A stretch of 64,000 bases of DNA from Blastocladiella emersonii ATCC 22665 (Eukaryota > Fungi > Blastocladiomycota). Location of the stretch: NCBI GenBank assembly GCA_025594325.1, contig JANHCV010000015.1, forward strand, positions 620,001 to 684,000, read 5' to 3'. This document shows positions 56,865 through 64,000 of this stretch, piece by piece (the first letter of the stretch is position 1; each line of letters begins with the position of its first letter). Both the position numbers and the translations under genes were made by a program. The notes under the pieces are model-generated. The model had not been told where the DNA came from. It searched no databases and worked only from the letters and a program-made list of their open reading frames with translations.

Positions 56865-57117
56865 GGTGGTCGGACAGAGGTGCTGGCCTCCTCAAACCAA
56901 TTTTGTCTCGTAGAATAATTCTATAGTTGGTTTCATATCATTTGACGCGTGAGTTGAGTGACATATGATAAAACCGGCTTAACGGCGGGTCCAGGGTATC
57001 GCAACGCCGCCGATGAAGTCAGCTGATGCTTCGTTTCGCAACCCGAGAGTTGAAGTCGTCAAAAGCGTTCAGCTCGCCCTCTCGCTCCCGCCCTACACCT
57101 CACTCCATGCAAAACAA

Positions 57118-60100
57118 ATGAAGAAAAAGTCCAAGACTAAGGGCAAAGCGTCCCGAGGCAGCGGTACTTTCTCGCCGTCGCCTTCGTCAGCGGCTTCGAT
57201 TGAGCCGACCATGCCGGGTCCTGTGCTGCTTGGCGACGATGCATCGGATCCTTATTACCCTTACGGACAGTCCTACCTGCGCGACTTGCTCTTGTACCAC
57301 AACCCGCGACTCGCAAAGCAGTTTGACGTTCTCGCTCTTCAGCACGCCAACCTACGCGACGTGGCGCACACGATCGGCGAGGCCAAGCGCAAGTACGGCA
57401 CGGCCGACCTCAACTTTGTGCTTACTAACACGCACCCCGAGGCCCTTGCGCGCGACTTCCTGGTGCTCCATGCGATCTCGACTGCCGAGTTTGCCAATGA
57501 CCGTGTTCCTGCGCGCTTCATCAGTCAGCTGTACTTTTCACTTCTTCTCGACCCGGAAGCCCGCGCTTTTTGGGACGCCCAGATGCGCTCGTGCCTCTTG
57601 GTGAACTGGAATCGCCCGGCAGACCGGATCCGCGTCTTTGACGACGACACCCTTCGTGCGGTACGCCGCTGCTGGGAGTCGTGGCTCGCTGCCGACTGGT
57701 CGCCCGAGCAGCTCTTTGCCTGCCGTGATAAATACTACGAGGGCGCCCGCGATCCGTCTGAAGCTCGCAGCCACGCACCCTCCTTGATGGCGGAAAAAAG
57801 CGCTGAATATGAATCGACCCATCCCAACGCCGTTGTCAACCGGACCATGCTTCGCGTCGCTCTTGACGGTTCACTCCGCTTCTCAATGCCACCCGGACAC
57901 ACACCGTTGCTTACTGTCCACGTCGCCGAAAAGAACCTGTTTATTGGAACGACGACGCGAGCTGGTGCTGCCCTTCTTGATGCACTTGCACCCGTTTTTG
58001 GCCCAGGGTCCGAGACTCGACGCGCAGGTTCGTATCCACTTGTCACGGAATGGGACAAGACGCCCACTCCGCCGCTCTTCCAGTGCCACATTGCATTCTG
58101 CGTCGGCCACCCGCTTGCGGCCATGGAGTCGCTGGTCATGCGTGAACAGCGGTTCAACGCGATCCACACGGGCTCAGCGATGGACACTTGCGGCCTGCTC
58201 AATCTTCTCGTCCACGCGTCGCCGCTTCTCGCCGTCTCTTCGGGCGTCTTCCGTTCGCATGTCTACACCTCGACCAATTATCGTTCAGCCGTCTCCTGCT
58301 CTCACAGCGAATTCGTTTCCCTTGCCACTGGCCTTCCGCTCGAGGCTTTCCCGACGCTCTTGGGACTCAGTTTCCATGAACGCGCAATTTATGAAGACTG
58401 AACTTCTCACGTCTCGCGCTTCGCTTGGAGCAAGAGCCATGTCGAGCAGTCCGATGGCCGGAGCAGCGAGCGGTTCACCTTTGTCAAGCTTGACATTCCA
58501 ACCGTCCCGATTGCGCTGAAAGAGTTGCCGTTCCTTCTCGAAGCTCTCATCAATTGCGCCGAGCGTTCTTGCCATTTCCCAGCTGCGGTGTCCAGCCAAA
58601 GCCTTGGTATGCCTCGCTCATACACTCCGCAATCGGTTGGCTATTGGTCGCTCACCATCGCCGAATACCATTTGTAGCTTCCTCTTGCGCGGCCGGCGCG
58701 CTTATCCCAAAGCTTCTTGGGTTTGCATTCGCCGCTGGGCGCCTTACGTAAAGCAGTCCTGCGGCCCAGTGCTTACCTCGGCCCAAGATGCCAGAGCTCT
58801 GGTCCACGTTTGCCAAAAACCCGCAACTCACAGCCGGAGCTGAGGAGGTGCTCGCTCAGGCCCAGCTCTACGGGTTTCCCATTGACGCAGTCGACACACA
58901 GGTCGATGACTTGTACCTCGTCGAGGGCACGCTTGATCGACCCAGCGACGCGACTTTCACGCCATTCTGCGCGTCGCTCGAGATTTGCGACGGGTCGTTT
59001 ACGCACGTGTTTTGGAGTCTCCACCTCTCCCAGCTTCCGACGGGCAACGAAATGTGTGTGGCCGCTTACGTCCCGGCTTACGTCGTTCAGTCGCCGACCG
59101 ACCTGAAGCCGCGACTCCGTCTTGACTGCGTCTTGGCCGGAACCGCGGTCGCAGCAACGACCTGGTTGAGTCTTTCTGCTGTCAAGTCGACCATGGTTCC
59201 TTTTGGATCGCTCTCATCCACCTTTCTTTGCGCAATCGACTTTTCTGCGGCTAATCGATGCGTCATTACGCTTCCCACTGACGTCCTCCAGAATCGCCCG
59301 ACATTGCCAGTTGTGAGCGCGGTCGAAGATGCTGGCTTTATTCGCCTCGTTCTTTCGCTTCCAAACAACAAGCTCCGTGCTGAGATCAAGGAGCGGCCGC
59401 CTCCGAGAGCCGGAGCCTGGCCTGGAAATCTTTCTCTCACAATGGGCCGGGCGAATCACGTATCCTATCGCTTTGCCTGCCCTGTCACGCTTGCCGAGCT
59501 TACAATCCAGCGCAATCTTCGCCGCGTCATGGTCACCGTCTCTCGAGTACTTTCGCCCGTCACGGCTACGCTTCCGTTTCTGCAGCTCGTTCCTTGCATG
59601 CCCGATTACTCGGACCTTTACTCCGCTGGTGATGCTAGTATGGCGGAGCATCAAGCTGCGCTTCACGCTCTGGATTTGGCGGCGACCGCGGAGGAGCTTG
59701 CAACTGTCAACCACTTGGAGAAATTGGCGACGCACGATCCATCTGTCACGGAGCAGGCCCGCTTCCTTCGTGTCACCATCAAAAAGCTCATGGTCGCGTT
59801 CAGCGATGGAATCGCCATGGTTGACGTCCGTGAAGCTGGGCGCGGCCACTATGCTGTGTTCCTGCTGAACCAGTTGATGGTGGTCCCCGCGCTTGATTCG
59901 GACCACGTCTCGACACCAGTGCTTGACGTCAGCGTTCTTCCTCACCCTGACAATGCAGTGCGATGGGGTCGTCTGGCACCCACTGGCAACCGCTCTCTCG
60001 TAAACGCGGTTTTGCCTGCGGCCATTCGGAAGCTCAATTTTGCCCCCAAGCAGACGATGGAGCTGGTCATCCCCTCGAACTACATCACTGTCTTTCAGGA

Positions 60101-60350
60101 GCTTATCGTTGACGGGTTCCTCTTGGCGCCCACCCGAACTGGCACCAACGATCGGGGTGGTCGTTCTGACCTTTCTGACCAGCTCAGTGAAATCATGCTT
60201 CGGACATTTCTCACTGCCTTCTTCCCAACAAACGGGGCCGAGTACCGCGTCCCAATCCAGAAACTCAATGATGGCAAGAGTGCAGAGGACGTTGACTACG
60301 GGATTGTGGATGATCGCATCGTTGAGCTCGACGACTATGATTTTTGTTGA
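57118..60350 (+). pseudogene. DUF4470 family copy 5; intron 58607-58677; nonsense TGA 58399 and TAA 58749
   Basis: MKKKSK..YYPYGQSYLRDL..LALQHANLRDVAHTI..THPEALARDFLVL. Both stops align to TGG in paralogues. Ends VDDRIVELDDYDFC*. Confidence 0.78.
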
Positions 60351-60534
60351 TTTGTTGTTAATTTGCACAATTTGTATTTGATTCATTTCCAACATTGCTT
60401 CGAGCATGGGTGCTGCTGGGAGAGCAGATGTCTACAAGCCGTGGTCGTGCTTATCAAATAGTGGTGCCATCACTTCAATTCACGCACGTCAAAAACATGG
60501 CGTGCTTGCGCTCAAATCCGGCAATATCCATTCA

Positions 60535-60690
60535 CGGTCAGCGAGGTGATGCGCAGGTACGCCACAGCCAAGCTTAGCTTCGCGCTCAGCAACCCGCATC
60601 GCGAGGTCCTCGCGCGTGACTTCATGATTCTCCACGCCGTTTAGAGCGGCGAGCTTGTCAATGACCGCATCCCCGTGCGCTTCAAGCGAC
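60535..60690 (+). pseudogene. Short DUF4470 family fragment between copies 5 and 6
   Basis: Translates SEVMRRYATAKLSFALSNPHREVLARDFMILHAV*SGELVNDRIPVRF, colinear with copies 5 and 6. Confidence 0.65.
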
Positions 60691-60959
60691 CAACAAGTTT
60701 TTGGTCAGCACTCCTTGGCGCTGCTCCTTGACACAGACGCCCGTTATAGCAATTTTTGATACACTGCCTCGCATCATCCGAGTGTCTATAGCAAGTTTAC
60801 GATGCTGAGGGCTCGGTGAGCCTGCCTGAGGTCGCTCGCCCGGCGCGCGCGCGACGCGACATTCACGTGCGCGTGGCGGACACGTGATGCGGTTCGTCAC
60901 TGCCGATCTTCGCGCTCGCGGTCCCGCGTCGCGCTCGCTCTCCGAGAACGGCCGTTTCC

Positions 60960-63672
60960 GTGTCAAACCAACGAAGAAAAAAATCGAAGACTAAGGGCAA
61001 CGTGCCCCGCGGCGCTTCCCAAACCCCGGTGTCGCCTTCATTCGCGCCGACCGTGCCGGGCCCTGTGCTTCTCGGTGACAAGACCTCGGACCCGTACTTG
61101 CCCTTCGGCCGGTCCTATCCGCGCGACCTGCTCCTGTACCACAACCCGCGCGTCTTCAAGAAGCTTAACGTCCTTGCAGTCTAGCACTTCAACCTACGCG
61201 ATGTCGCGCATACCATCGGCGAGGCCAAGCGCAAGTACGGCACCGCGGAGCTCGACTTGTGCTCGCCAATACACACCCCGAAGTCCTTGCGCGCGACTTG
61301 CTGGTGCTCCAGGCGATCTCCACCGGCGAGCTTGATGGCGAGGTCATCCCCGCCCGCTTTCTCGGTCAGCTCTACTTTTTGACGGTTTTCGAACCCGAGG
61401 CTCGCACTTTCTGGGATCAGCAGATGCGTTCGTGCCTCACCGTGGACTGGAGCCGTCCGACAGCCCGTGTTCGTGTGCTTGACGGGGAAACGCTCCGCGC
61501 GGTGCGTTGCTGCTGGGAATCGTGGCTTGCAAACGATTGGTTGTTCGAGCAACTTCACTCTAAGCGTGGTGAAATTTACGCGACTGTTCAACACGCTTCT
61601 GCTCGTCAGGCTCAGGAGCTTCTCTTCGCGACTTCAACTACGCGGTTTTTGCAACGCTACCACGATGCCGGATACCCGCGTCGTCCAAAGACTCGTGATC
61701 TTTTTTTTGCAACTTCTTGATGAAACGGTCTCTGGCATGTACTTGGGCGTCAAGTCCCCGGCCGGGGACGAACCGAACTTTGCCATCAACCCGAGGATGC
61801 TCCGCCTCGGTCCCGATGACAAGTTTCGCTTCTCAAACCAGCCTGATCTCTCGCCCCTGGATGTTCTCCACGCCAATGATACGGAAGCGCAGGCGCTAAT
61901 TGTTTGGACCAGCACCGCTTTGCTCGACGCCCTCTTACCCGTGTCTGGTCCTGATTGCGAGGCGCAACGCGACGGCGCTTACCCGCCAGTCACCGACTGG
62001 AGCGAGAAACCCACTCCGCCCAAGTTCCAATGCCGCGTCACGCTTTGCGCGGGCAATCCGCTGACCGTCATGGAGTCGTTGGTTGCGCGGGAGCAGCGGT
62101 TCCACGCGATCCACATGGGCTCGACCATGGATACGTGCGGTTTGCTCAACCTCCTCGTCCACGCGGCGCCGCTGCTTTCCAACAACGAGGCGAAAATGTG
62201 CTCTCGAATCCATGTTTCGACCGACCGTCTTCCGTCCGTCGCACCGACCCGCGACGAGTTCATCACCCGCGCGACCGGGCTTCCGCTTGAGGCCATCCCC
62301 ACACTTTTGGGCGTCAACTACCTCGACCGCCCCGCGGACGATGATTGGGCCTCGCACGTCACGACCTTTGCTTGGAACACCCGCCACGTGGAGCAGCGCG
62401 TCAGTTGCAGCAGTGAGGCGTTTGCCTTTTTGAAGCTCGACTTTCCGACCATCCCAATTGCGCTGGCGGAGTCGCCGTTTTTTTTGGACTCGCTGGTCCG
62501 CTGCGCCAAGCAGCTTCGCGATCTCCCTGCTGAAGTTTCGGACCACACTCTTGGTACGTGCTCCTCACCCAATGGACGCGGTTTCGTTCACTCACATCCT
62601 TAAAACGGCGTATGTAGCTTCTTCGTGCGCGGTCGGCGCCCTGCTGCCAAAACTAGTTGGGTTTGCGCTTGCCGCCGGTCGACTCTCGTGGAGCGGTGCC
62701 ACCGCTCACTGCTTGCCTTGGCCCACCATGCCAGAGTTTTGGTCCGCGCTTGCCAAGATTCCAGAGCTTGCAACCTCCGCTGCCGAAATGCATGCACACG
62801 CCCAGCTTTATGGGTTTACCGTCGGCGTCGCTGGATCGCGCATCATCAACGCGCACTTGTACCGCATCGAGGGCACCTTTGAACTTCCCGCTGATTCAAT
62901 CACGGCTCACACGCCGCTTTGCGTCTCGCTCGAAATCCAGCGCGGTTCGATCATGCACGTGTTCCATAGCGCGCGCGTTACCCGTCTTGCAGGTGACAAC
63001 GAGGCGCGCATTGCAGCATACATCCCGCGCTACGTTGTCGAGGGCTCGCTTGGCGATCTCAAACTTTGTGTCCGACTTGACCGAGTACTTTCGAAACACT
63101 TGCTCGTCGTTTCAGGTGATGCTGTGACGTCGATTCCGCTTGTCGCGGTCAAGACGACCCGGATTGCAGTCGGTTCACTCGCTTCCACATTCGGGAAATC
63201 GATTGACCGCTCTGCGGACCGTCGGCTTGCGGTTTCTGCTCAGCGCGACTCGGGCACTCGAAAACATAACGTTCTTCCTGTCGCTTACGTCGTTGAAGAC
63301 GTCCATTAGGTTCGAATTGTTCTCTCGCTTCCACGCAACAAGCTCCGCGCGGACGTCCAGCGTCGCCCCTCCACTCTGGACCGCAAGATCACGAATTCGA
63401 TCGAGCTCTCAGTCGACGGAGCAATCCAGGTCCACTCTCTATCGTATCCTGTTGAAATCACGGACATTGTCATAGAACACAGTGAGCGTCGCGTGACTGT
63501 AACGGCGACGCGAGAGCTTGCAAACTTCAGCCTTGAGCCAAACCATCTCTCACACATCCTTTACCTCGCCGAATACTCGGAAACTCATCCACCGAGTATG
63601 GTCATCCAGCCAGCTCAGAAAATTGGATTACGCTCACTTCGATGCGCAAATTTCGCGAACGAGACTTATTGA
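60960..63672 (+). pseudogene. DUF4470 family copy 6; start codon lost (ACG), TAG 61182, frameshifts, intron 62554-62617, TAG 63307, C-terminally truncated
   Basis: Colinear with copy 5 (YLPFGRSYPRDLLLYHNP, GSTMDTCGLLNLLVHA, LLPKLVGFALAAGRL, MPEFW). Confidence 0.78.
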
Positions 63673-64000
63673 GTAGTACATGTATCGTTTTCCTAGCATC
63701 TGACGTGTACATCGGTGTTCTTCTTTCTCCAACTTGATGGTGAGGCGTAACGTTGCCAGGTTGGTGACAATGATGTGGTTGTCCAGTACTAGTCAAGCGT
63801 ACGCGTAGCGTCACAGCGCGCCGCGGCGAGAAGTTGTGTAGTGTGGGACGCGCTGGTGGGCCGTGGTACTCGATTTCATGGTCGAAGAGGAAGCCGAGGA
63901 AGGGGATGATGCGCCGAAGGTCGCGTCGCGTGAAAAAGCGAGAGGCAGAGCGGGCGCGAACAGTGGGCAGATGATGGCAGCGGCGAGGGCAACGTCAGAG

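Noticed and set aside
57013-57117. Longer N-terminus for copy 5 from ATG 57013 (and similar extensions such as 27903, 7081, 56091 and 48301-49860)
   Set aside because: Paralogue alignment, signal peptides or Kozak-like context point to the downstream ATGs used in my calls.
4283-58751. Possible TGA=Trp recoding (TGA at Trp-aligned positions 4283, 10282 and 58399)
   Set aside because: TGA is the normal stop of intact genes here (AKR, CPR, subtilisin). Another Trp site is TAA (58749), and the same genes carry TAA/TAG stops and frameshifts, so ordinary pseudogene decay explains it.
8498-63672. RIP-like mutagenesis of the duplicated genes
   Set aside because: The few nonsense changes have mixed contexts and include transversions (TAC>TAA). 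Near-identical Helitron copies persist and stay CpA/TpG-rich. A formal RIP index was not computed.
1-64000. Hundreds of long overlapping or antisense ORFs in the supplied track (e.g. 13115-14686 -, 40323-42170 -, 25345-26841 -)
   Set aside because: They are shadows of high-GC3 genes. They are Arg/Ala/Pro-rich, lack motifs, and lie opposite or out of frame to well-supported genes.
63673-64000. Possible gene at the right edge
   Set aside because: There is no coding bias or motif, so it is treated as intergenic.

Overview
GC-rich eukaryotic genomic DNA with short GT-AG introns. It looks fungal, and an early-diverging zoosporic lineage such as Blastocladiomycota is my inference, not shown. Conserved genes are a UCH37-type deubiquitinase, a REX1-B-like protein, an aldo-keto reductase, the Blm10/PA200 proteasome activator, a secreted and probably GPI-anchored alpha carbonic anhydrase, a fasciclin protein, NADPH-cytochrome P450 reductase, an Ssk2/MEKK4-like kinase and a proteinase K-type subtilisin. 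These are interleaved with fast-turnover accessory DNA. (1) Three copies of one non-autonomous Helitron2-type family have exactly definable ends: a 14-bp asymmetric TIR, 5' and 3' hairpins and a CTAG(T) end. Removing the two complete copies restores the reading frames of the genes they interrupt. (2) Seven members of a DUF4470 (SAM-methyltransferase-like), MYND-less family sit in two tandem arrays, and all but one are disrupted or internally deleted. They share a phase-1 intron, an acidic RI(V/E)(E/D)V-type C-terminus and an out-of-frame upstream ATG exactly 11 nt before the start codon. (3) A composite intergenic motif GAGACGCGT-N8-CATGTG recurs. (4) There is a decayed Plavaka/CACTA-like element. 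(5) Two paralogous Gly/Ser/Asn-rich proteins carry a Trp every fourth residue. (6) There are orphan F-box-like genes and an RGG/KH-like orphan. I recognised no rRNA, tRNA or CRISPR features. All calls come from reading the sequence by eye, and no searches were run.
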